From contig OZ024745.1 of assembly GCA_964016885.1 (NCBI GenBank), positions 108,066,001 through 108,130,000 on the forward strand: a stretch of 64,000 nucleotides of DNA, written 5' to 3'. A program made the position numbers and the translations under genes. The DNA comes from Eledone cirrhosa. Taxonomy: Eukaryota. The notes beneath the pieces were generated by a model. That model had not been told where the DNA came from and searched no databases. It was given only the letters and a program-made list of their open reading frames with translations. Positions 51,725 to 64,000 of the stretch are shown here, piece by piece; within the stretch, counting starts at the first letter, position 1; each line of letters starts with the position of its first letter.

Positions 51725-53945
51725 TCATTGTATACAATAGAGCTAGAATCTTAACAAAGATTTATATAAGCATATATACAATCTGACCTCCAAAAGTTTG
51801 GTTTTATGCAAAGCCAGGCCTTGAAGATAATCATTCTACTGCCGCTGGTGGACAAACAGAATGATCAGCTAAATCTAACAATAAACAACATACCAACAAT
51901 TTAGCTGAAATCATACCCCAACTGCAGAAACAGAAAAACACCAAAATCTTGTAGATACATTACAAGTGATCTGGGATGATATGTTTTAACAGTTTAACAC
52001 CATAATTTGAATGACAGGCTATACAACATAGGTAAAGAACCCAGGAAATTAAAGTCAGTGGCAGTAAATTCAATAGCACACAATTATCTGAAGACCACAA
52101 TGTCCAAACATGAAAGCAACATACAAAACCATTAAACTTTTGGCATATGTCTCAGCTACCACATTGCTAGCATATGACAAACAGCTGAAGCCATGCAATC
52201 GAGATACAAGCAGAAAACCTGAACCAGCATTGGCACTTAAAAAAATAAAATTTTGTTCCTGTGAAGAAGTCTCAATAATCGTTGTAGTTATGAAATGTGA
52301 TGCAAAGAACAATTTCACATGACATCAGGAAACCTTTAAAAAAAATTAATTAATTAAAAAAACTAAAAAAAAATACTAGAACGGCTATTTTGAGATACAG
52401 AATTTAAAACTCCAAACTCCAACCTACACCTGGTGAATCACCAGTACAGAGCTACATCTGAGAAAATAAAATATAAATCTACAGCATATAAACAGCAAAT
52501 GGTGAAGAGAATATATGCCAGAGATATGAAGTCATTCTATCGTGGCTTCAATATGAAAGGCTCAATCTCTGTAAAAGACACCCTGACAAAAGATCAGGTT
52601 GAGAGCTATTGGAGACCTGTATTGGAAATGAATGATGAATTCAACAAGCAGTATGGTTAAAAAACTGGAGCAGGACTACGGCCAGCATGTCGCTAAAAGA
52701 AATATGAAATAGACAGTGCAATACTGGAAACAACTGTACAGAAAATGTCAAACAGGAACTCCACAGCCCCAGACCTCATAACAGGTTATTAGCTAAAACA
52801 TTTCACCTTTTATTAACAAGATTTTATACGGTTGTATGGAAAAAGTATCAAGGACACACAAGAACTGCTTCAACTGCCAGTACTCTCCCCATCCACCAAA
52901 ATTGCCCAACTCCCCTTGCTAAAATTAACACCCAATAGCCTACCAGAACATCATGTACAAATTATACACTGGATGCCTCAATCTGTTCTTGCAGAATCAT
53001 TATGCCACCAACAACATTATAACACCCAAGCAAGCGGGGAGAGAGAAAGAAATGTGAGGCTGTATAGAGCAGCTAGTAATTAACAAAATGATTCAAGAAA
53101 AAAAAAAGTAAAGAACAGCAGGAACTTGACTTTAGTGTGGCTGGACTACCAGAAGGCTTTTGATAGTATAACACATACGTGGATTATCAAGGCTATACAG
53201 TTAGCCAAAGTCCCACTATGTAGCTGCTATCAAATACCTGACCATGACTTGGTACACTACTTTGCTCTTTAGAGGTGATAAGAGTAAAATGCATCTGATA
53301 GCATTTGCTATCAAGCAGGCATCTTTCAGGGTGATAGCTTGTCAGTGCTGCTCATCCTCCTTTCATTAAGCCCACTATCATACCTGCTCACAAAACATAA
53401 TTGTTTCTACTTTTGGCACAAGGCCAGCAATTACCCAGTGCATTAATGGTCATGAAAATGGATCCAGAAGTATCTCCCATTTTTTCTTTGTCAATGAAAT
53501 TGTATGGACCAAATATAAACCACATAAAAAAAAACAATTGGACTTCTTTACCCAATTTTCTAAACATTGGAATGAAATTTGGAAAGTCCAAATGAGCATT
53601 TTTGATAATAAAATGTGGCAAAACTGTATCTGCCTCTGAAAAACCTATAAAATGACTTCTGCAGTCAGGTGACAATTATAGGTATTTTGGACATGATGAG
53701 AATGTTAAATATGATGGATCCATAAATAAAGAGAGGACCAGAAATGAATACCTCAGAAGAGTAAAGAGAATATGGTCATCAGAACTCTCAGCACCCAACA
53801 AGCACATTGTCTATAATACTTTTGCTGCACCCATCCTAATGCCAAAATGTGGCCTACTGAACTGGCCATTGCAAGAGCTGAGTGAGATGGATGTAAAAAC
53901 TCACAAGCTGCTCAAAGTTACTGGAAACCTTAACATCAACAATCA
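51725..53945 (+). mobile_element. Decayed R4/Dong-clade non-LTR retrotransposon (N-terminal region through RT), interrupted by a SINE tail at about 53398-53445
   Basis: NLTLVWLDYQKAFDSITHTWIIKAIQLAKV, GIFQGDSLSVLLILLSLSPLSYLL, IGMKFGKSK, EYLRRVKRIWSSELSAPNK...MDVKTHKLL; many stops and frameshifts. Confidence 0.85.
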
Positions 53946-56900
53946 GATGGTGGGGTTAACCCTTTTGTCACCAATCTGCCCAAACCTGGCTCTGGTTCTA
54001 TGAAACTAAATCTCCCATTTTAAAATCTTGCAAAATAAATTTATATTAGAACCATATGTTAAGTAATTCTTTTAGTAATGAAATAATTAATAATTTTAGT
54101 AATTCCTTCAAAATCTTTCATTCATTAATTGAAATTAAGTGTATTTCACTTGAAATATGGCCATGAGGAGTTAAACTAGGTTACAGACAAATTCTACCAT
54201 TCTACCATAGGCATAATTTATCTGAAATGTCCACACAGTTTCTGTGTACACAATTTCATTCACAAGGCTTAGTTCAACATGAGGTTATGGTAGAAGGTTA
54301 TTTGAATTGCCTTAAATCAAAGTCCTTAGATAAACTGTACTTTCACATACATCTGATCCAAATACAAAGAAAATTGGCAATTAAATGGTTTATAACAATT
54401 GGTTCTACTTTAGGCACAAGGCCAGAAATTTGAAGGCGGGGGAATCAATTAAATCTATCCCAGTGTGTTACTGGTACTTTATTTATCAACTCCATGTGGA
54501 TGAAAGGCAAAGCCAACCTCAGCTGGATTTGAACTCAGAACGCAAAGAATTTGTATTAACCATATATTTTTTTAATGAAATGTTAAAGCAGTGAACTAAC
54601 TGATTATACAGTCACACATTTACTTAAATCTTGCTCATATGTGAGGTGAATAACTCTGCTTGCCTCAGTTTGCTTTAGTGACAAACTGATTCTGCTCCAT
54701 TCCAGAAGAAAGGGAATTTTGTTGTAAAAATACTTGCTTTGCTAATTAAAAAAATGCTGAAATTTGTAATAAATATATAATGAATACAAATAAAATTTTG
54801 TTGACATTTTCTTTTCATCTTTTAAAAAAATTCCCTATTTATTGGAATGCATTTTGGCAATGTATTGCATCAAACCATTAGATATTAAAAAATAAAATAA
54901 TAATTGAAACACTATTTATTTTTCCAATGCATTTTTCTTTGCATAACAAATACCGCAGCAGAGACGATAAACCTATAAACTTGCAGTATACCATATCCCC
55001 CCCAAAACTATGTGTAAATTTTCATTTCCCATCAGTTGTTAATATTCTTGGGAAAAGTAAAAATTCTATGTCTGCCATTTCCCTCTTCTCAAAGTCAATA
55101 GTGCTTAATCTTCTAGAGGCTGAATCTTTTTTATAAATTGCTTCCCTTGATACTGTATCATGTGTTAAGGGGAGATTACTCTATTGGTTCATTCAGTCGC
55201 CCACAGTGCCAAGAGGATTAATCCACGACACAAATAAAATGTAACAAGCCATGATCAGTTGTTGAATCTCTACAAAGCTAAAGTTTAATCTGTAAGAAAG
55301 TATTGCTGATATATCTGGAATAATGCTGTTGTTCTGCTGTTGCACACACACACAAACATCCCAAGATGGAATCCAAAAGAAGACTATCTAGTTGATTCGC
55401 AGAGATTCATTTGCCAACACAATGCAACCACTTGCTCACAACCACTACTGCTATATCCTCTGCTCCTTTCAACTGGCAATAAGTATATCCTCTTCAACCA
55501 AGACTGCTTAATCTTAATACACTCATCTCTGATTCTTTCCTCATATCTAATAAGATATATCTCTCAAACAACATTAACTATTTTGATAGCAAACCTAGTT
55601 CTATGATACTAAGCTATTTGTTTTAAAGTATTTGTATTTATCTAAAACTCTTATAACATAATTTAATGTAAGAACTTTTGTTCTTATTTGTTAACAAGAA
55701 AGTTATTTTATTCCCTAAACATTTTAAAATATTTTCAAAACTATTAGAAAATCATAGACAATGTCTTTCATTAGGAATACAATAAGGAAAAGGTTAAATA
55801 CTTCCCCAAAATTATTTCCCATATTATGCCACTCTGGAATTCTCTGCTAGCCCATGTTTGTCTTGAAACTACCAACCTACAGAAAGTACAACTGTATCAA
55901 ACTTCTCAGTTTGGGATAGCATGTGGAAGTTAAAACTACCTGTTTCTTTCACCAGCATTGGCCTACGTTTGTCTTACAAGTATCAACCTTATAGAAAGTT
56001 TAACCCTTTTGGTGCCAACCCAGCCTAAACTGGTTCTGGCTCTATGAAACAAAACTTCTCATGTGTTCCAGTTTAAATTAAAATCTTACAGCATTAGGGT
56101 TGGACGACATGCTTTCCAGCATAGTTACATCCCTTTACGATCTGAGTTCAAATCCCACCGAGGTTGACTTTGCCTTTCATCCTTACGGGGTCGATAAAAT
56201 AAAGTACCAGTAATGCACTGGGTAATTGCTGGCCTTGTGCCTAAAGTAGAAACAATTATTTCATATAAGAACTATGTTAAGTTACTAAGTTATTAATTAA
56301 ATATGTAACAATTTGAGTAAATCTCTCGATATACTTCATTGAATTGACAGAATCGGTAGAGTGTCAGATACCATGCTTTGCAGAATAGAGTTAGGGCGCT
56401 TTACATTCTGAGTTTAGTTTAAATCCCACTGCGGTTAGCTTTGCTTTTCATCCTTATCAGATTGATAAAATAAAGTACCAGTCACACACTGGGGTTGATT
56501 TAATCGACCCCAGTGTATTACTGGTGCTTTATTTATTGAGAGCCCGTAAGGATGAAAAGCAAAGCTAGCCTTGGCAAGATTTGAACTCAGAACGTAAAGA
56601 GCCGTAACTCTATGCCACAAAGCATGTTGTTCGCCACTCTACCGATACTGCTAATCCACCCTAATAATAATGATAATAATAATGGAAATTATTGTGTACA
56701 GTGTTCAGGTGCACTACAACTCATCAAAGGTGCATGTATAGTACATAGAATAACGTACAACTGTCAGGAAAGTGAACAGTGCATGAGTCATGATATACAC
56801 ACAGATACATGGGTGCGCGTATATGGAGGGGGAATATCAGGTGTAGTGTTGGCGAATTTCAGTAAGCATGGAAGTTTTGAAGGATGCAGTGTCCCGACAG

Positions 56901-57059
56901 CTAACAACAGATGCAGGCAGTTGAAGATGATTAGTTGGGAGATTAATGTGTCCTACTTTTAACCTTTGCAATACCAACCCACCTGAAACCACTTCTGGAT
57001 CTGTAATAAAAGTCCATTTTAAAGTTTTCATATCTAAATTCAAATCTTCCATTATAATT

Positions 57060-57212
57060 GTGTCTGATGCCACAAAGAGCAGGTGAGGATCAGGTGAGGG
57101 TATGGGTCTGAGGTCTGCGGGTAGCTCAGGATGCTTGAGCCGAAGAGCAGCTAGGATCTCCTCTGTGGGGTGGAGGTCAGTGTCCTCTGAGGTGACCAAG
57201 GCGAGACACCAA
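57060..57212 (-). mobile_element. CRE-clade LINE fragment lying inside a piggyBac-like MITE
   Basis: LVTSEDTDLHPTEEILAALRLKHPELPADLRPIPSP matches the recalled CRE pre-RT pattern L.SED.....TL..L..KHP; GC-rich island in an AT-rich MITE. Confidence 0.6.
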
Positions 57213-57717
57213 AGAACTTTATTGTCATGTTCTTAATGCCAAATTAATGAAAAAGTTATTTTAGTAAAGCTTTCCAAATTCTTGATTATTTTCCAAATTT
57301 ACTGAAACACATTTAATGTATTTCATGAAAAATGTAGCCATAAAGGGTTCAACTAATAGTAAACTAAGTGACCTTAGAATGACCCTCTGAAATATAACTG
57401 TAGTAATACTAAATTAGGAAAGCAAGGGACACTAAGTATGTTTGAAACAAATATTTGTTCATATAACTCTACATTGAGTTTGGTAATAATACAACTCCTG
57501 ACTATAACAACACCCAGAATGACCAGCAATAGAAGATATGGTCAAATAAACATTTTCAAATGAAATACAAATAATCTATTTAAACAGTTCATAATATATA
57601 TATTTGTTTTGTTTGAAATAAACTTTTTACTGTGATTTTGTATAGGCTGTTGTACTTAAATATTGTCATCAAAAACCTTTTCCTTTTGTTTCCAAAGCCA
57701 CATACCAAGTTGCAAGC

Positions 57718-57800
57718 CTACTACTACTACTACTACCACTACCACCACCACCACCACCACCACCACCACCACCACCACCACCACCACCACCACCACCACC

Positions 57801-57841
<41 letters not shown>

Positions 57842-57843
57842 AA
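57718..57843. repeat. (CTA)n-(CCA)n-(CTA)n trinucleotide microsatellite
   Basis: Read directly. Confidence 0.97.
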
Positions 57844-59499
57844 CAAAAATGATATTTTTAATGAAGAGCAAAAAAGAAAAAAATACTGCCAAAACCCACT
57901 GTAGAGTAAGGACAAGAATGAGAGAATATTTGCTAATTTGAAAAGTGAAGCAATCATGTGTGCTACTATTTCTAGTTGTGCTTTGTTTTTGAGCACAAAT
58001 AAACCTTTAATAAAACCAATATTGACTCACTGACACAATTAGAGAGTCTTGTGTCTACTCTGAAGCCTTTCCATTCAGAACGGAAAGGTAAAGAATGGTG
58101 GCAACAGCAAAAAATAAGGGAGTGGGATTTTTTTTTATTTTCAAATCAAAGAGTTAAATCCACCTTTTTATTGCACTATGAAACAAGTTGGTAAAAAATG
58201 TGTCAAATGAAACAATGTTTGTTTGTTTGGCAGAAAATTAGCAGGAAAAAAAAAAATTACTAAAAAATTGTAAACACAGATCAACTGTGACCAATACAAA
58301 CAAGGAAGTGCTAAAATTATGGTGGAGAAAAGGAGGGGAGTAATAAATAAAAAAAAAATTAATAAATAAATACAAGACAACAATGAAACAAAAAATCTAT
58401 ATCTAAGAAAAAAAAAATTTACAGTGACAAGCTTTGTTGGTTTTGTGACATCACAAATAGATGTTTAGTCAGGTGGAAAATCCTGAAAACATTTTCCTAT
58501 ATCATAACTGGAGTAGACAGTAAAGCTGGGTTAGAGATGGAGGAGGAAAAGAAAGGAGTATTTGAAACCATATATATACATAACTAAACTAATATTGAGA
58601 ACCACCATAACTATTTATGCAGTACTCAATAACCTGCATGCAAAAAACAAAAAAAACAAAAACAAAACAAAACAAAACAAAACAACAACAACAAAGAAAA
58701 CAAACAGTAACAACAAACAGTGACAAAACAGCGGAGACTTTGAAGCAGTCATAAATACACTAACAGATTAGTAAACATCTCTTCTCAAAAGTATCAGCCA
58801 TATATGGCAATTAGGAAAGATTTCTAAGTTTCAATGCCTCAGCAATATTGAACTGAATGTTGTCTTTTTGTGTTTGTTCTTTTTATTTTCACTTTGCTTT
58901 CTTTTTTTTTTATTAATATTTTCAAAAATATTCTCAGAGTTAATATGTTATTTTTTGGCTTGTCAAAACACAGGCCAACATTGCATTTACATTGCCATGG
59001 GTTAGAAAACAGCTTTCTGTGATATTTAGACAGCATCTTTTGTCTCTTAACCAACTCTTACTCGTTTGAGCTGGTAACAATGAAAAGTTCAGAGAAAACC
59101 GAAGAAATGAAAATGAGATTTGGAAGAAAATATAAAGATGAATATGTGATAAATAAGAATTCATTTTGTGCAGTAGGTGTGTGGGAGGGAAAACATAAAT
59201 TGACATGGGTACAGAATTTGCATGGGTGCAGAGCTGGGAAAGAGAAAAACAGAAAGGAAGAGGAACAAAAGCAAAAGCATTATTAAAAAAGCATGCAATA
59301 ACTTCTAATATGAAACTCTAAACAATTATGATGGTAAATAATATTTTCAACAAAAATTAGTACCGGAATATTCTTTATACACAAATCTCTCACCCCACAT
59401 TCGTTCACATCCATCTTGATTTTATTCATGTATCTATCTATTAACAATTTTTTCCCCATTTAAAGTCATCACATTCTTTCACTAAAACAGAGATTAAAT

Positions 59500-59525
59500 A
59501 ATATATATATGTATATATATTTATA

Positions 59526-59575
<50 letters not shown>

Positions 59576-59681
59576 CATATATACATATTTACATATATAT
59601 ATATTAACATATGTATACATATATATATTAACATATGCATACATATATTTACATATATATATATATATATATTTACATATG

Positions 59682-59761
<80 letters not shown>

Positions 59762-59792
59762 TGTATGTATATATATATGTATATATATATAT
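59500..59792. repeat. (TA)n-based microsatellite
   Basis: Read directly. Confidence 0.95.
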
Positions 59793-60388
59793 AAGCTGTA
59801 ACAGCAGTAGCTAAATCAAAGCTAAAAGTAAAAAAAAAAGAAAAAAAAAAAAAAAGGGACCTTTCCACTAAAAAGCCACAAATTCTAAGCTTACCAGCAT
59901 GAGTCTGGGATCCCCAGCGGTTTCAGTTTAGTGTAGCAATGAATACTAGAGAACCTTTTGATGAAAGTTTTGAGAAGAAAACCTGCAGCTCTAAACATCT
60001 TGTTTGCTGTTCTGCTCCACTCAAAAATGCCTCCTACCAACATCACAACAAACAACACACTTTAGATTCCACAAACCACACTTGGCACTGCTTGCTTTTC
60101 CCCTTATATCAACACCGAGTCTCATATTGTCAAAGCTAGCACCGATGGACTCGTACATTTTCTATCTCGTGTTATTTTCTTCGTATATAGCTCAAAATTA
60201 TTTTCATATATCTATCTCCCTCTCTAAGTGGTATGTATTTATGTGTGTGATAATGCATATATACACACACACACACACATATATATACATTCATGTGTGT
60301 GTATGTGTATCTGTGTGTGTGTGTATATATATATATATAACATATGTATATATATATATTTATATAACATATGTATATATATATTATA

Positions 60389-60432
<44 letters not shown>

Positions 60433-61970
60433 TTGCATGCTAACATTCTTTAAGTTTTCTTATGCTTCATTTTTCTTGTACAGATTTCTTCCTTTTGATT
60501 TCATTTTTTTCTATGTTGTTGTTCTTGCTACAACAGTCACAACTGCTACTGTCACCACCACCACCTCTACTATCACCCTCACTACTCAACATATTTTTTT
60601 ATTTGTTTATTGTTTATATCAACTTCATAATTCTGTCTTACATTTTTCATATTCTCTATAGAGAAAATAACAATAAAAACTAAGATACCACCCCAAGATT
60701 AATGTGTCAGGTTGCAAAGAGGAGAGACTGATGAGGAAATGGATAGAGCACAGTTAGAAGGTCTAGTGGGGTGGTCTAGAGATAGCTAAAGGTAGGGCTT
60801 GGGCTGGGAGTATACTTGGGTTAGAGGAAAATGATTGAAAAACCTGGCTTTGATTGCCACCATTCCTCTCTTTCTATACTATTTCCTTTGATGTACTTTG
60901 ATTTCTCTAGAAATTTCTGCAAAGCAATTACATCAACTGGTAAAAATTAATTTGTGACAGCTTCTTAAAATAGGGGAAAAAAAAAATCGTTTTCTGAATT
61001 CTCTGTTAATCACAGAAAATGGAGAGAAGATACAATTCTGCATATCACTGCATTGCACAAGTAGCATCGCGAGATTCTCTTTACTACTATCACTGTTATT
61101 TTGTGGCAAATAAACACAATTATTATTATCATTATTATTAGCAAAATTATTATTAATATTATTGCTATTTTACTCTTATTGTTAATTCTTCTCAACTAAT
61201 ATAAGGAACAGAAGTCAGATCATTGCCCGGTAGAGGGTCGGACACCATGCTTTGATGCATAGAGTTATGGCCCTTGCCATTCTGAGTTCAAATCCCGCCG
61301 AGGTTAACTTTGCCTTTCATCCTTACGGGGTCAATAAAATAAAGTACCAGTAATGCACTGGGTAATTGCTGGCCTTGTGCCAAATGTAGAAACATTTATT
61401 ATTTGCCTTTCATCCTTACGGGGATCGATAAAATAAAGTACCAGTAATGCACTGGGATAATTGCTGGCCTTGTGCCAAAAGTAGAAACAATTATTATGGC
61501 ATCCTTCATCTGTTTTGTGGCAATCTTAAGGTAGACACAGTACAGTACCAGAGAGGTGAAGATGTAAACACCAGCTTACAACATTTTACCATAATCTATC
61601 CCGTTAGTCAATGAACAATAGCAACATCATCGTTATCATCAACCTCCTCCCACACCAAATACATACATTTCTACTGTGTGATATTCCATACAGGTAAGTC
61701 AAAATAAATAACATACTGTTGTCTTAAAAAACACATTGGATAATATAGTCAAAGACATATACTCAAAGAAAAAAAGAAAAAACGGTTTGGTCATAACTGG
61801 AATGTCTTTGGTCGTAATGTCAGCTGAATCAGAGTAGCCCTGGTTCTACTTATATTGAAACAAGTCCACAAATTTGGAGGGTAGGAAGTTTGTCGATTTC
61901 ATTGACTCTATAAGGGTTCTATCTCACTTACTCATTTATTCTCAAATTTAATTTGACTGTTTGGTACCAA

Positions 61971-62092
61971 CACCATATAATCACTATCTCACAGACAGTA
62001 CAGTACACACTAGTACACCATATAATCACTAGCGTACAGATAGCACAGTACAGTACACACTAGTACACTACATAATCACTAGCTCACAGATG
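61971..62092. repeat. Short minisatellite, ~45-50-bp unit, about 2.5 copies
   Basis: CACCATATAATCACTA.C..ACAGA...CAGTACAGTACACACTAGTA recurs. Confidence 0.75.
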
Positions 62093-63719
62093 CATGAGTT
62101 TCTTTATTAACCTTTTCTATTGCTACTACAATGGCCTCTGCTCTTCTGAACTGCATAGTTACATTTTCCTTCCACCTAAAACCATCTAACCCTTGTGCTT
62201 CCTTTCTTCCCACCACATTTACTAAGGTCTTATCTCGTAAACTTTATATGAAATTTCTTTCCCAGTCTTACCTGTCTGGAACTAGAACCCTTTGTAATTT
62301 GGACAGTACATTTAACCCTTTAGAATTTAAATGAGCCATATCCGGCCAGAATTCTCTCACCTCTTTCTGTTCAAACCGGCTGTAACTGGCCACTCTGATG
62401 TTAAGGTATAGTCCTCAAAATAATAAACATCAAAATCTCATAGATTCGATATTATGTGAGATAATTATGTGAAGTAAAGCCTTTACCATGAAAATACAAT
62501 AGTAAATATAGAGTAATGTAAATGCTAAAGGATTAACTCTATACATATCAGTTTACAAAGCTCTCAAGAATAAATACAAACTTTCATGATAATGCTTTTC
62601 CCATCTTCTATTCAGGTAAAATACCTATTATCAACTCCACATCAAGAAACTGGCATTAAGCACTAACCCATAAAAGTCATTCAAGTCTTTGAAGTATCTG
62701 TATCTGTATATCTATTTGTCTTTTGTTAGCCATTATTTCTAGTTTAACAGTTCTTAACTTTTACCAATGGTGGGTATTTTAAGTTTTCAGAGACAATAAA
62801 AAAAATATATATATGAAAAGGAAAAAAAACAGTTTTCAATCAAAACAAGTTGAAATCTAAAACTAATAGAGATTTTTAAAATAATAAAAATAAGATAAAA
62901 ATGAAATGCAAATAAATATTTTACAAATATTCAAAATATTTTAAAGTTGTTTTCTCTTTTGGTAGTCATTGCTGGAAACAAAACATTGCAATAATATTGG
63001 TTTCTGATTTAGGCACAAGGCCAACAATTCGGGAGGAAGGGAAAGTTGATTAAATCGACGCCAGTGCATTACTGGTACTTTATTTTATCGACCCCGTAAG
63101 AATGAAAGGCAAAGCTAACCTCGGCAGGATTTGAACTGAGATTGTAAAGAGTCATAACACTATGCCATAAAAGATGTTGTCTGTTGCTTCACTGCCCTCA
63201 AACATTGCAATAATATTAGCGCATAACATATTCAGAACAGAAACAGTAAATACCAGACTTAGTGAATGTTTAACACTAAGTAAGTTGCAACATAATAATA
63301 TATGGAGTTAATGATGACTCTGCAGAGTGAAGGATTTCACATCCATTTCCATGCTGAATGTTCCAGTTCTTCAATCAACAGAACTACTTATTGAGTTATA
63401 GTTGTGGTCAAGCATTACACAAACACTTATATAATTAATGAAGACTGCAGACAGAATCAATGTGATACAAAGCTGAGTTTGGAATTTCAGATAATATTCA
63501 CTGGATAGACTTCTAAAGTTTCCATAGATCCAGTTTTACTTGCAATGCATGGGTCAATCCAAGGCTATTTGACCAACATGTTGTGTATTGGGATCATACC
63601 CAGAAGATCATGGTTATGAATTAAACTTAACCATTTGGGACGCACACACACATGCACATAAAAGTGTAAAGGCTAATTCTTTCTTTCAAATACCTCTTTC
63701 CTACTCACCCCATCCTCAT

Positions 63720-64000
63720 ATCTGAGGATTGGGGGTCATGGACTTATGGACCAGCACTTTTTATCTTTTCCGGTCCCTTGTCATTGTCATACATTCCGCC
63801 GAACTCCTTCCTGTCCATTCCTTAATATCATCTGTCCATTCCTTAATATCATCTGTCCATCTCCTTTTCTGCCGTCCCCTGGCGCTTTTCCCCTGTATTC
63901 ACCCCTCAAGGATGTGGGTAGTCAAATTTTGGGCCCTGATGACATGACCAAAATACTGAGGTTTCCTTTTCCTTACTGTTTCAACCAACTGTTGATTGGC
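63720..64000 (-). mobile_element. RTE (BovB-like) LINE 3' end running off the window edge
   Basis: LVETVRKRKPQYFGHVIRAQNLTTHILEG*IQGKSARGRQKRRWTDDIKEWTDDIKEWTG...TRDRKR*; contains a 21-bp tandem duplication. Confidence 0.85.

Noticed and set aside
58031-58060. Minus-strand donor GTGAGT with a short upstream exon candidate
   Set aside because: Stops in two frames, a phase incompatible with the downstream exons, and no homology.
59895-59982. Possible minus-strand exon (cag|...|GTAAGC)
   Set aside because: Poor pyrimidine tract, only one open frame, and the peptide ([28 protein letters not shown]) does not resemble centlein.

Overview
AT-rich, microsatellite-dense eukaryotic DNA. The SINE/LINE content points to a coleoid cephalopod, probably Octopus (inference). 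The only host protein-coding signal I can support is nine minus-strand GT-AG exons (12751 to 2690) that splice in phase into about 389 codons of a coiled-coil protein resembling the central-to-C-terminal part of centlein (CNTLN). The gene continues beyond these exons in both directions, so most of 12752-64000 is probably intron. The rest is transposon-derived: a decayed mariner, TTAA-flanked piggyBac-like MITEs, LINE fragments of the RTE, CR1, L1/Tx1, CRE and R4/Dong clades, a probable solo LTR and at least three tRNA-SINE families. One 5'-truncated RTE copy (47411-48727) still has an intact 3' ORF containing a PHD-type finger and shares its 3' tail with a SINE family. The most interesting non-coding signals are several (TA)n-flanked Penelope-like ends carrying minimal hammerhead-ribozyme cores (best at 11847-11931, inside a 53-bp inverted repeat), inverted duplications around these insertions, and several long fold-back structures in the pre-mRNA. 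Almost all long ORFs in the track are microsatellite artefacts. I found no clearly new multi-gene system. All family assignments come from recalled motifs, not database searches.
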